From: Eledone cirrhosa
Lineage: Eukaryota
Reading direction: 5' to 3'
NCBI GenBank assembly: GCA_964016885.1
Contig: OZ024742.1
Coordinates: forward strand, 89,156,001-89,220,000
DNA: 64,000 nt
Of the stretch, positions 1 through 12,550 are shown in pieces. Both the position numbers and the translations under genes were made by a program. Positions within the stretch are counted from its first letter, which is position 1. Every line of letters starts with the position of its first letter. Below the pieces are notes generated by a model. It saw only the letters and a program-made list of their open reading frames with translations. It searched no databases and was not told the DNA's origin.

Positions 1-842
1 AGACAACCTGAACAAAAACAAAAACTAACAATTTATACGGAATTGAAAAGGATGATTATAATAATTTAATATTGAAAGAATTATAAAAAAAAACTCTAAT
101 GAAGATCTATCAACCCTAAATAACGAAGCTTCGGAAATTATTTACAAATTAGGTATTCAAAATAGGACTGAACCTTTCACACCAAGATAACCGAAGATAA
201 ATATGAAGGACCACAAAAGAAATGTCGAAGCAGAACTACCAGTCAGACTTATTGCACCATCTAAATCTGATTTAGGTATAATTAGCAAACATATACTAGA
301 TAGGATAATACCAGTCCTTAATCATAAATCACACCTTAAACTTGGGAACGGTACAAATGAAGTAATCGATTGGTTCGCAGACATTAAATTAAAACATAGA
401 AACAAATTTATACAAATGGATATCGCTAACTACTACTCTTCAATTACCCCTAACTTACTTAATAAGGCACTTATTTACGCTTCAAAATATACTGACTTAT
501 CTAGTGATGAAATAAATATTATTTTAACCGCACGTAAAACCCTGATTGAATTTAATAACCATCTCTGGACTAGGGCTGATAGACAGAACAATTTTGATAT
601 CACAATGTGATCATCTGACTCAATGCAGGTAACAGACCTCGTTGGAATATTTATTCTTAACCTACTACATAGAAAAATGTCAGAGATGGTCGGAGGTTTA
701 TATCGCGACGATATGTTACTTATAGTTGAAAACCATAGTAATACCGAACTTACCAGGAAAAAGAAAATTATTATAGAATTTTTCAATAATTATAACCTTA
801 AATTAGAAATGGAGAATAATAGTAAAACTGTTAACTTCTTAG

Positions 843-843
<1 letters not shown>
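1..843 (+). pseudogene. Penelope-like element (Naiad-like) reverse transcriptase fragment, decayed
   Basis: ORFs 203-610 and 623-910 are in one frame: RLIAPSKSDLGIISKHILDRI, FIQMDIANYYSSI, FDITM*SSDSMQVTDLVG, GGLYRDDML, VNFLDV. These match the GLYRDD-type PLE RT. One in-frame TGA; the fragment ends in (GT)n. Confidence 0.85.

Positions 844-892
<49 letters not shown>
844..892. repeat. (GT)n microsatellite
   Basis: Pure GT run starting at the Asp-Val codons of the FLDV motif. Confidence 0.97.
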
Positions 893-895
<3 letters not shown>

Positions 896-899
896 GCAA

Positions 900-1119
900 T
901 CAGAGCATAGCGAGGACAAAATTATATATATAGCAGAGAAACACCCACTATCATATTTCTTTGGATAAGGCCGTACCAGACCTATAGCTGCATCAGTAAC
1001 TTATAAGCCATTTGTTACCAGGGAATAAACAATACATGGAACGAATATACAAAATATGGGGGGGTTTAGATGAAATTGAACAATAGAGTCCAGAAACTTG
1101 CAATAAAGGAAAGCAATGT

Positions 1120-1203
<84 letters not shown>

Positions 1204-1346
1204 TAAATCAGCAGGAGGGCTCAAGCGACATGCAAAAGTACATGAACTCCAACCACAGCCGACTATTCCCAGTGAATGTTTTGGTTGCCGACTCATTTTA
1301 GATCATTGGCTGGGCTAAAAAGTCACATTCGATCGCAGCGCTGTTA
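900..1346 (+). mobile_element. RTE-clade LINE 3' fragment with C2H2 zinc-finger remnants, split by (GA)n at 1121-1200
   Basis: ECKSAGGLKRHAKVH and a frameshifted CFGC...LAGLKSHIRS*. The same tail occurs in the RTE relics at 39700-39970 (-) and 45800-45890 (+). Confidence 0.55.
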
Positions 1347-1355
1347 GTTGCTATC

Positions 1356-1524
1356 GTGTGTGTGTATATAGATATGTTTATGTGTGTGCGTGTATGTGTA
1401 TATATATATGTATATGTATATTATTATTGTTGTTGTCGTTATTATTATTGTTGCTATTATTATTAATATAGTTATTAATGTATATGTGTGTGTATATATA
1501 TATGTGTGTATATATGTATATGTA

Positions 1525-1607
<83 letters not shown>

Positions 1608-1640
1608 CTTTTTTTTAAAGATATATATATATTTCTTTTT
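1356..1640. repeat. Compound (TG)/(TA)/(ATT) microsatellite
   Basis: Directly visible; pure (TA)n at about 1532-1604. Confidence 0.95.
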
Positions 1641-2652
1641 TTTAGTTTAGTTCCTCGCAAAATGGAGGTCAGGAAAATAATGATAACACAGAAACAAATA
1701 CTAGTGTCAATACAGTTGATTAAATACTTGGGATGTGTATGCCAGCATAATCACAACAGAAATTAGTAAACAAAAATATAAACAATGAGTTGCAACAATT
1801 AATAACATCTAAATTATTTCTTACGTTTCCATATTGTTAGTTTCGATATAAACTTTTTCTTTCACCATAGCCAGACTTATATCTTCAATTTGTAATCTCT
1901 GTTATATATCTCAAAATTCAAAATGCACTGCTGGGATGTGTAATTCGTTGTAAGTTTTAATTTCAGAATTGTTATTGAATGCAGTAAATGAAGTTGTATA
2001 GAAAATATGGAATCGCCAAATGATGTTTGCCCATTCGTTGAATAATACCATAAATCAAATGCTTCGAAGTTGATATAGTATATAATTTATGTATTGGGCT
2101 TTTTTAGGTCCTTCGTGAACATTCAGTAAATATAAAGCATCTCAACTTACGATTAGTTTTTATATTCCTCCGACAGAAGAAGAAAAAAATCAATGTACTC
2201 TGTGAGGATTTTCACTTTAAGCACTTAATATCTCAAATATATTACCTACACAAAATGTTCACCGACTTCTCATAGGTTGTAATACCTGTATTTCACCTAC
2301 CAGTGCATTGCTTTCGTTATTCTATATTAAAATACATAATGACTGTGTTTTATATTTTGCAAAAAGTGGTATTGCTAGTGGATCACATTCTCTTAGAAGG
2401 CTTCACAAGATTACAAACCAGATTTATTAGTTTATCAGCTCTATTCTCTATTCTTTTCTATAATGTAAATGGCTTTAGTGAACTCATTATATAGCAAAGC
2501 CTTCGATTCCATCACGCTCAGTGCATATTTCACACTGGTACAACTCGGAACATTTTACACCGATATACATACAGTCATATATGTGAAAAGTTTTTATTTG
2601 GATGTGTAAAGGTGTGTGTGTGCGAAATCTAAACGAATTTCAATTTGACAAT

Positions 2653-2758
<106 letters not shown>

Positions 2759-2776
2759 TATATAGGAACGAGTAGG

Positions 2777-2872
2777 ACCCCGACGGGTGAGCTCAAGTCA
2801 TTTCGACGGCTAATTCTGGACTAAATGAAAATTTTTATCCTGGTATTTGAATAGCCCAGCTTCTCAGGGGGT
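2777..2872 (-). ncRNA. Type I hammerhead-like motif, family A copy 1 (core CUGAGAA)
   Basis: Inverted copy of 4954-5049; stem III has mismatches. Confidence 0.5.
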
Positions 2873-3156
2873 AATTCCATATATGGTAAAAGTGATTGTC
2901 ACAAGGATTGGTCAAAAGTTTGTTGTTGAGACATAATAATTCTATCATGGCAATTTGTGGAGGGAAGGGGTAGCTGAACCTGCCAGTAGAATAAAGAGGG
3001 AGAGGGGGTGGAAGAAACCCAGTTGTGCGTTGATAGTGCCAACTACAGCTGGGCAGGAGGTCAAAGAAGAAACTGGGGGGGGGGGAGAAAATCGAAACGA
3101 TAAGTAAAACAATATGGGGTAAATATATAGAAAAATACCGGGAGTGTTAAAAAACA

Positions 3157-4080
3157 GATCTTATAGGATTATTCCTAATAGCCAAACTCACCGATTTGTT
3201 TCTTGCATTCGGCGGTGGATTGTACCGTGATGATGGGCTCCTTACCCTTAAAGGGTACAACCCCAGTAGTACAGATCGGGTCCGTAAACAATTAATCAGC
3301 TTCTTCCGCGACTGGGGATTTAAAATAACCCTACAAACGTACCTGACCCGTGTTAACTTCCTGGATGTTACCCTTGACCCCAATAATGTTCTGTACTACC
3401 CATACAGGAAACCTAACGACAACCTGCACTACATCCACCGCCGGTCAAACCATCCTAGGAACATCACCAATAACCTGGTTAAAAACATCTCCCTCCGCAT
3501 ATCTCGTTTGTCAGCTAATGAGCAGATATTCGAGGAACATGCGCCTTACTACAACCAGGCCCTCAAGCGGAGTGGTTTCCGGGAGGAAATATCCTACTGT
3601 CCAGCTTCCATTAGCGGAACCAGCAGGTGACACCGCCGCTCACGCAACGTAACATGGTTCAATCCTCCCCACAACGCCGAGGTGACAACTCCTATCGGTA
3701 AAATCTTCTTTAGGCTCATTGAAAAACACTTCCCACTACAACACCGCTACCAAAACATAATTAACAAAAATACCATCAAACTCTCCTACAGCACCACACC
3801 AAACTTTGCACAAAACATCGTCTCCTCTAACAACAAAAAACTCAACCCCCATGGAAGAAATAACCGAAATAGCAGTGGAGAGCCGACCAGGAGGTGCAAC
3901 TGTCCTGATGGATCCATTTTCCCCCTCGACAACAGATGCAGAGATCGTAATGTGATCTACCAGTGCAACGTGAGGATGGACACCTCCAACAAAGCCTATA
4001 TAGGATTAACCGCATGTGACGTCAAGACCCGGTTATACCAACACGGACATACTTTACGAAACCCGGCCCGCTTTTTATAG
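3157..4080 (+). pseudogene. PLE RT C-terminal half plus C-terminal GIY-YIG endonuclease (Naiad-like)
   Basis: GGLYRDDGL, VNFLDVTL, YYPYRKPND, SNHP, an in-frame TGA at 3628-3630 followed by HRRSRNVTWFNPP, IKLSYS, CNCP..PLDNRC, VIYQC, YIGLTA..KTRLYQH. Confidence 0.88.
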
Positions 4081-4953
4081 CAGATGTGTTAGACCCCGTA
4101 TACTAGCCTTCTTATCCGATGGCCGCACCTTTTCCGTGCTTTCTATATTTCTTAGTGGTATCTTTGCTTTAATTTCTCGTATATCAGTATTTTTTTTTTT
4201 TTTTGAGGTGGGGGGGTTCTGAATTAATTTTCCGTATCAAATTTTACATATACTTCGTATGAGCATTTATGTAGTTTGCACTAGAATTTTTGTAGCGTGG
4301 CGGCACCCTTACAGATAGTATTAGTATTCTTTTTCGGGATTCTGAATTATTATTTCGTATTAGTTTATTTTTTTTGCACTGGGTGGTTGCTGGCCTTGTG
4401 GCTGGCGTAGAAACCTTTATTTCGTACTGGTCTCGGGACTCTGATTTATTATTTCGTGGTAGTTTCTTTAGTATTTGGCCCCCCACTTGTTGACCCATCA
4501 CCGTAAGATATATTCGGTTGTTTACTTATACCTCTTAAAAGGGTCTCATTATAATTCCGTCCCACCTAGTAAACCTTTCTTTAGTCTAGCAGTACCAGTG
4601 AGAGAATTGATAGCTGTCCTTAGGTTATAGTAACCAGAAATTGTTTTTTTTCTTTACACTTAATTGTTTTTTAACACTCCCGGTATTTTTCTATATATTT
4701 ACCCCATATTGTTTTACTTATTGTTTCGACTTACTCCCCCTCCCCCTCCATAGTATCTTATTTGACCTCCTGCTCAGCCGTAGTTGGCACTATCAACGCA
4801 TGACTGGGTTTCTTCCACCTCCTTCTCCCTCTTTCTTCTACTGGCAGGTTCAGCTACCCCTTCCCTCCACAAATTGCATGATAGAATTATTATGTCTCAA
4901 CAACAAACTTTTGACCAATCCTTGTGACAATCACTTTTACTATATATGGAATT

Positions 4954-5049
4954 ACCCCCTGAGAAGCTCGGCTATTCAAATACCAGGATAAAAATGTTCA
5001 TTTAGTCCAGAATTAGCCGTCGAAACGTCTTGAGCTCAGCCGTCGGGGT
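4954..5049 (+). ncRNA. Type I hammerhead-like motif, family A copy 2 (core CUGAGAA)
   Basis: Stem I ACCCC/GGGGT; core CTGAGAA; stem II G..CGGCTA/TAGCCGTC; GAAA; stem III CGTCT-TGAGCTC-AGCCG; GUC cleavage triplet ending at 5044. Confidence 0.6.
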
Positions 5050-5561
5050 CCTACTCGTTCCTATTACCCACTCTACTACCCTAAGTATTGAGTCCTTTGG
5101 TGCGTTATGGTCCACCTGGTTCCTTACCACATTTCCTTCGTTATATATATATATATATATATAAATTAATAAAGCAATGAATAAAAACAAAGAACAAGTT
5201 CCTTATATTAAAAAAATTCATCATTTTACGATATATATATATATATGTAGATAAGTCTACCAAAATATACGGTAGTGTCCAATCCGTATGAAGAACTCAA
5301 TGTAATCCAAATATCATGAAAAGAGAAGATGTATTCAAACAATTTTCGATGAATATCACAGGAAGACAGAGTCAAGATAAATTAATAAAAACAATAAATA
5401 AAAACAAAGAACAAGTTCCTTCTATTAAAAAAATCATCATTTTACGATCATTTCTAGGATATATATGTATGTTGGTATGTATATCATATAAATCTATGTA
5501 AAAATATTACAAAATATCAGAGGAAATATACATACCTTCACATATATATGCTCTCTTCACA

Positions 5562-5747
5562 AATAATTGTTTCTACTTTAGGCACAAGGCCAGCAATTAC
5601 CCAGTACATTACTGGTACTTTATTTTATCGACCCCGTAAGGATGAAAGGCAAAGTTAACCTCGGCGGGATTTGAACTCAGACTGTAAAGGGACGTAACTA
5701 TGCTAGAAAGCATGGCGTCCAACTCTCTACCGATACTGCCAATTCAC
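5562..5747 (-). mobile_element. tRNA-derived SINE (short subfamily)
   Basis: On the minus strand: A-box TGGCAGTATCGG, B-box GAGTTCAAATCC, central CTTTCATCCTTACGGGGTCGATAAAATAAAGTACCAG. About ten copies in the window. Confidence 0.85.
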
Positions 5748-6542
5748 AGTGTTCTGAGCAAAAAAAATCTCCGCGTTATGCGTTTTATGCGAATTACTTA
5801 ATGAAAGCCAGTAACTATGTTTTAATCAGTCTCTTCTTCATTCCCGTGAGGAAAGAAAATCCAACTTTTAGTGTTCTGAGCCAAATAAATCTCAATTTGT
5901 CAATGCCATAGGGACCTCATTAGGCGATTTAGCGATGTCTCTCTATAATTCTTAGTCTTTCTCTTTTTATATAGATACATACATATAACGTCGCGCCCTT
6001 ATAATATCTGTCTCTATGTCTGGCTGTCTGCTGCCTCCGATTATTCTGCCACCCTTGAATTTTCACAGTGTTGCAATTTTATGCGAATTACTTAAGAAAT
6101 AAAGTATTGTATATTTTTGGGGTGTGTAAATTTTATACTTTGTAAGCATTATAAATGACTAGCAGAAAAACCACCAACCCTCTGACACCTGTTGCTCTGC
6201 CACCCCTGCTGAAGGCCAACTCTATCACTCATTCAACAGACATTTGGTAAGCGCACACAGTTTCTCTCTCCAGTTTTCACCTGATGCACGTAGGCGCTAA
6301 TGCCTACACTTTTTTACAGCGCTGCCCACAATCGTATTAGTGACGGTTACTTCTTTTTTGGCCTCGGTTGTCGCAATGTTAAGCTTACTGTCATACCAAT
6401 ACCCTGAGGATAGTTCAGTAAGTTGCCTTGCCTTTAGGCCACATACCAGTAGACAAATCCATAGACACCTAATGCAATTCACTTACAGATTAGCCCTTGC
6501 TCTAGGAGTGTGTCTCACTGCTCTTCCTCCTAATTTTAGGTC

Positions 6543-9500
6543 ATGCCTCGAACGAAGACATACTCCATTGGACGAAAAACTGCGAAAGCTGCATTGTAAA
6601 GAGCAAGACGGGCAAACGAATCATCAGAGGATTCTACTATCCGACGGTTACAAGCTGGTGAACGTGGTGCCGTAAGAAGAACACTCGAAACAGACGACTA
6701 ACAAACCGTTCGCCGAAGAACTATTGCCGCTTTGACTCCTACATCAAGAGCTACAGAGACTGAACAGCAGCGTCGAAGCCGCCATACTGCTAACGCGGCA
6801 TCAACATCTGCTGCAAGAGATGCAGAAAATGAAGACCAGCGTCAAAACCGCCAGACCGCTAACGCCGCGTCAACGTCTGCTGCAAGAACTGTGGAGCCAG
6901 ACCAACAGCGTAAACGTCGCCGAACCTCTGATGCCGCGTCAACTTCTGCTTCACGGGCTGCGGAGAACGAAGAACAGCGCATTAGACGTCGGGCAATGGA
7001 TGCTCAGAACACTGCTGCTGCTCGAGTTTCCAAGACGGCGCAAGTCCGCGATAACCGTCTAGAGAGTAGCGTCCAATGAAGAGCCCTTAGGCAAGGTGTT
7101 TCAAAGCCGAGCAGCTCACAATGGGCCTTCAAAGCTTTCGAGTACAGCCCCAACTTTCATTACGCAGCCACCAAAACGTGACACTTGGAAGTATGTCAAA
7201 AACGTGCTCATTTTGCAATGTCAAAAAGTAGTAGGGGGAACCACATGGTATGTGCTGCTCAAACGGGAAGGTGAAATTGCACTACTGGAGGACCCACCAC
7301 AGCCGCTGAAGATCCTCCTTTTAGGCTCAACTCCCGAGTCAAAGCACTTTCTCAGTAATATCCGGAAGTACAATTGCGCCTTCCAGATGAGGGTGGATGT
7401 ATGCCCACATTTAAAGTGCAAGGGCAGGTATATCATAGAATCGGTCCGCTCCACCTACTGCCAACGAAGATCCCCAGTGCTCCAAATTTACTTCGTCGGG
7501 AATGTCAACGAACAGGCTGCCATGCGAAACTCCATTTCACCTGGCACCAACCAAGACATTTTGCACACATACAACAGCTATGTCATCAGCTTCAAGTACG
7601 CATTGGAAGCAGCTCCTGCATCAAATTTAAATGTCGTAATTGATGCCTCGAAAAGACCTTCACGCGAACATTCGGGCCGCTACAATTTACCTGCGTGCAA
7701 CGAAATAGCTGTACTTCTTCACGGTCATCAGCTCAACACTCGAAACATTGTTCTACGGCGACGAGACAGCATCCTCCAACGTATAAGTGAAACGCATAGG
7801 TCTTATGACGCTCTTCAATATCCACTGCTGTTTGTGAAAGGAGAGGGCGGCTACTGATTTGGTATTCCTCAGGATAATCCCGAAAATCCTGGGCGTTCAA
7901 CCAATAAAACTGTTTCCTGCATGAGTTTTACTCTCACCACTTCAGGTTACGCCGCAACTCATTCAACCACTTGCACCAATCAAGAGACCTCTTTCAGCAA
8001 TACACCGTCGACAAGTGTGCTAAAATGCAATCGGAAAGGTTGTGCTTCATCCGGTCACACCAGAGACAATTGCGGTCTGAGAGCTACATCCACCTCCGAT
8101 GCTCTCACCAATGATGCAGCCCCAGCCAGCGTAGGAAAACTCTGAATCCTTCCATCAACTTTCACCGGAAGTCCGCGCTACATGCACGAGAGGACGCAAG
8201 ATGTCATGACTTACGTTCGGCATTACGGCAGCCCGACCTGTTCATCACTTTCACTTGCAATCCTAAGTGGAAGGAGATTGCTCCAGAACTGTTCCAAAGG
8301 CAACAGGCCAAAAACAGGCATGACCTCCTGTCCAGAGTCTTTTGGCTGAAGCTTATCAAGCTGATGGAGCTCATCAAGAGAGGACGAGTCTTCGGACCAG
8401 TTATATGCGACATGTACACTGTCGAGTGGCAGAAGAGAGGCCTACCGCATGCCCATATCCTCATCTAGCTGTCCGCAAGAATATCTCCAAACGACGTTGA
8501 CAAGGTCATCTCCGTTGAGCTTCCCGATCCGTCTGCGGACAAAGGCCTCTACGAAATAGTGAAGACAAACATGGTCCATGGTCCATGTGGGCGTGATTTC
8601 AATTTGAGCTCACCTTGCCTGAACAACAATGTCTGCAGCAAAAGTTCCCGAAAGTTCCTTAAAGAAACCCAGACTGGTGTGGACGGATACCCATTGTACA
8701 GACGATGGCAACCCAGAGATGGTGGCTTCACAGCGACAGTTGGACAGCACGAGGTCGAGAACCGATGAATAGTGCCCTACTGCCCTCTTCTTTTGAAGAC
8801 CTTCGGTGCCCACATCAACGTGGAATTCTGTAGCTCCGTCAAGTCCATCAAGTACATCTGCAACTACGTGAATAAGGGTTCAGACGCTGCTAAGTTCGGT
8901 CTACAGCAGGACCACAGTCGTGATGAGGTCTCGCAATACCAAGTTGGCCGTTACATCAGTAGCAACGAGGCTTTCTGGCGGATTTTTGGCTTCCCAATAC
9001 ACCAAAGGTACCCTGCTATTGTACAGCTCGCGGTTCAACCTTCAGACTGGTCAAAGGGTCTACTTCACCGACGCTAATGCTGCCCAAATGGTGGAGGACC
9101 CACGAGAAATAACCCTCACTGGATTTTTGAAACTGTGTCGAGCCAACTCTTTTTCACAGACTCTGCTTTACCCCAGGTGCCGCCCTACTACACATGGAAT
9201 AAGCAACTATGGGTGCGCAGAAAAGCAGGTCAACCTGTTGAAGGACATCCCGGCATAAAGTTTGACAGTTGCCTTGGGAAGGTTTACACTGTGTACCAGA
9301 ACCAGCACGAGTGCTTCTACCTTCGCCTTTTGCTGCACGAGGTAAGAGGACCCTAATCTTTTCACGACCTCCGAACTTTTGACGGCTGCGTGTGCAGCAC
9401 TTACAGGGAAGCTTGCTTCAAGCGTGGCCTGCTGGAAGACGGTGCGCAGTGGAAAGCGACTTTGTTCGAAGCCGTTGCATCTCAATCGCCTATGCGTTTA

Positions 9501-11192
9501 CGAGCTCTATTTGTAGTAATGCTGCAAACTAAGCAAACTAAGCAATCCTATGTCTTAGTGGCTGCAGTTCAAAGAACACTTATCCGAGGATTACAAACGC
9601 TGGCTGCAACTGTAATACCCTCAAATGGAACTAACCAGTGATGAGGTCTTCAATTGTGCTTTGATTGACATTGAGGACAGAGTTGCATCACTCGGTGGAA
9701 ATTATTTGCCGTCATATGGTCTGCCCCAAGCGCTCCGTACCGGGTCAAACGTACTTCCTACAGCTCTTCTTCGGGAAACATCCTACGACGTCGCTGACCT
9801 TGCCAAGTGCGTCCGTGAAACTGAACCAAAACTTCTTCCCGATCAACATCGTGTTTATACAATTGTTTCTGACCATGTGCGCCAAAGAAAAGGAGGTATT
9901 TTCTTTCTGGATGCTCCTGGGGGTACGGGCAAAACATTTTAACAAGGCTTCTCCTTGCAAAAGTCAGGATGCACAATGACATTGCGGTTGCTGTGGCCTC
10001 TTCGGGGATTGCTGCAGCTTTGCTGCCCAATGGCAGGACTGCACACGCCACTTTTAAATTGCCCCTTAATTTAACAAAGTCAGAAACACCCACTTGCAGC
10101 ATCAGCAGGAATTCCGACTAGGGCCAGGTCCTGAAAGGGTGTCAATTCATTGTCTGGGATGAGTGCACCATGGCGCACAAAGGAGCTCTTGACGCATTGA
10201 ACACAACCCTCCAGGATATCAGAGGCTGCCAGGATCCGATGGGAGGTGTTACGCTTCTGCTTTCGGGCGACTTCAGACTGACCCTCCCTGTAATTCCCAA
10301 AGGTACACGAGCTGACGAGGTCCTAGCATGTCTGAAGTCATCTCCCCTATGTCAGGAAACTGACACTTACAACCAACATGAGGGCTCAATTGCACGGTGA
10401 CCAAACGTCCGCTGACTTTTCACGGGACATTCTGAAGCTTGGCGACGGCAACATGCCTCTTGACGCTGAAGGCGAACTGGAAGTGTGGCCATTTGCGACT
10501 TCTGTTAATTCTGTGGCAGAGCTCAAAGACAAAGTGCTTCAGGATTTGCAACACCATTTCCAGGACCACAAATGGTTGTGCGAAAGAGCAGTGCTTGCTC
10601 CAAAAAACGCCACTGTTAACAATTTCAACGACCTGTTACTGGATTCCATTCCTGGTGCTCTTCGCAACTACAAGTCTGTTGACACGATGTCCGATCCAAA
10701 TGACGTGGTAAACTTTCCACCAGAATTCCTAAACTCCTTACAGCCTCCGAGACTACCGCCCCACATACTACGCCTTAAAATAGCGACTCCTGTTATGTTG
10801 CTGCCGAATTTGGAGCCACCGAGGCTGTGCAACGGAACACGCCTGGCTGTAAAGAAAATGACGGACCATGTTATCGAGCCAACAATCCTCTCTGGGTGCG
10901 GAAAAGGCGACGATGTCTTCATTCCGAGAATTCCTCTTACTCCCTCGGGAGCCGAAATTCCGTTTACCTTCAGAAGCTATTCCCGCTTCGGGTCAGTTTT
11001 GCCATGTCCATTAACAAGTCCCAGGGTCAAACTCTTTCAGTGGCGGGACTTCTACTGGAGGAGCCCTGTTTCTCCCACGGACAATTGTACGTTGGGTGCA
11101 CGAGAGTTGGCAGCAGGGAGAGGCTTTTTTGCATTTGCACGACGAGGGAAAACAAGGAACATTGTTTACACGAGGTGTTATACATGCAATAG
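6543..11192 (+). pseudogene. Helitron RepHel (HUH Rep plus PIF1-type SF1B helicase), many stops and frameshifts
   Basis: Starts MPRTKTYSIGRKTAK. SYDALQYPLLF; Rep motif I FITFTCNPKW, motif II VEWQKRGLPHAHILI, motif III KYICNYVNKG; Walker A LDAPGGTGKTF, Walker B IVWDECTM, SGDFRLTLP, LCNGTRL, FAMSINKSQGQT, FSHGQLYV. Confidence 0.95.
6618..7079 (+). repeat. Six full plus one partial 69-nt (23-aa) STPR-like coding repeats at the RepHel N-terminus
   Basis: ESSEDSTIRRLQAGERGAVRRTL / ETDD*QTVRRRTIAALTPTSRAT / ETEQQRRSRHTANAASTSAARDA / ENEDQRQNRQTANAASTSAARTV / EPDQQRKRRRTSDAASTSASRAA / ENEEQRIRRRAMDAQNTAAARVS / KTAQVRDNRLE. Confidence 0.8.
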
Positions 11193-12550
11193 TGACAAGT
11201 TAGGTTCATTATTGCCCTTTCTTAAACCAATCTGGTCGCAATTCGTACGGGCTACTAACTGAAATGTGTTTTTTCTACGGTTTAAGGTGAAAACTTCAGC
11301 TAAGAACCTTCTCCTTGACAATTGGTGCGGCAATGTAAGTTCGTTAAACGGATCGTTGTTCGTTGGGTGCTCTAGAGTTGGCAGCTTGGAGTCTTCTTGC
11401 ATTTGCACAAGAACGAGGTAGGTTGGTTATCAACATTTATTTAGGCAATCTGGTTGTCATTCATACGGCCTATTACCTGAAATACATTTTCCCTCGGATT
11501 CAGGTGACTACCTTCAGAGATGGACCTTCCGCTTCGCACTCGGCGCGTCAATGTATGGCTGTTAAACGGACCGCGAACGCATTCTGATTCATTCTAAAGG
11601 CTAGTGGAAACAACCGTAACCCACCTTCAAATGTCAGAGAACGCAGTCAAAGTCACTATTAAAGGCTACAAGTGAACGCTCACATGACCCTTTTTAGGGC
11701 CACCACTTGAAATTGTAAACTGCTTACACGGCCCTTTTAAAGGACCCTTGAAATAGCTGATGGCGACCCTTTCGTTTACGGCTACCAGTGAACGCCCACA
11801 TGCCTCGGGGACATTTTATTGCCCCATTCCTCTTTAAATTTGTTAAATTATACCCACAGTTTGGTAAACGTTTTTCCAGTTGCGTTTACTTACTAAGGTG
11901 CGGTGGACTCCTTCGAGAAGGTTCCACATACTGTCCGATTGCACGTCACGCCTTGCTCAATCATTGCAGACTTCCTTCTGACATAAGTGGTGACATCTGT
12001 CCTGCTGACTCATGCCACTTTATTAAAGTACAAAAGCACCAAGCCGATTTTCTCCACGTGGAAGGAGAAGCATACCTAATACTAATTGCATCAGAGTATT
12101 CGGTTTATTTTCTTTACATATTGACCAGGCATGCAGTTTTCCCACGATTAGGCCCGCGTTATGTTTCAGGGAGTGTTATGCACATAAAAAAATTCAACTT
12201 TTTGATCCCCTAGAGCCCGCATTAGGTGAAAAACTTTATTTTTTCAGCTTATTAGGGCTATTTGTAGGCGTTACGTCTAGCTGATTTTCCCGAAATTTCA
12301 AGGCATATTATGGACATAAAAAAATTCATTTTCTTGGTACCCTAGGGCCCGCATTAGGTGAACACCTGCATTTTTCCTGCTTCATCGGGGAAAATCTTAA
12401 AGATTATCCAGCCATCAGAGTATTCGGTTTATTTTCTTTACATATTGTCGAGGCATGCAGTTTTTCCACGATTAGGTTTGTTGGCCCGCGTTCCAAAATA
12501 CCTTATCCCGTGCAACGCCGGGTACCACTGCTAGTATATATATATATATA

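Larger units (their letters stand above)
2763..5142 (+). mobile_element. 5'-truncated Naiad-like Penelope element with an inverted copy of its 3' terminal repeat at the 5' end, flanked by (TA)n on both sides
   Basis: 2763-3156 is the reverse complement of ~4665-5062. RT-GIY-YIG coding sequence lies at ~3157-4080. (TA)n at ~2686-2764 and ~5143-5162. Confidence 0.8.
5975..12534 (+). mobile_element. Autonomous-type Helitron, decayed (5' end approximate)
   Basis: Rep/helicase coding region, plus a 3' hairpin CCCG-TGCAACGC-CGGG at 12507-12522 followed by CTAG at 12531-12534 and then T. Confidence 0.9.

Noticed and set aside
3628-3630. In-frame TGA in the Naiad-like ORF as selenocysteine (some Naiads are selenoproteins)
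   Set aside because: It falls in an Arg-rich run (SR*HRRSR), best explained by CGA>TGA decay. The TGA at 608-610 replaces a conserved Gly. Neither is a Cys position, and I could not identify a SECIS.
5165-5450. ~65-bp direct duplication as a target-site duplication
   Set aside because: Too long and diverged, and it does not bracket a recognisable element. Likely local slippage between TA runs.
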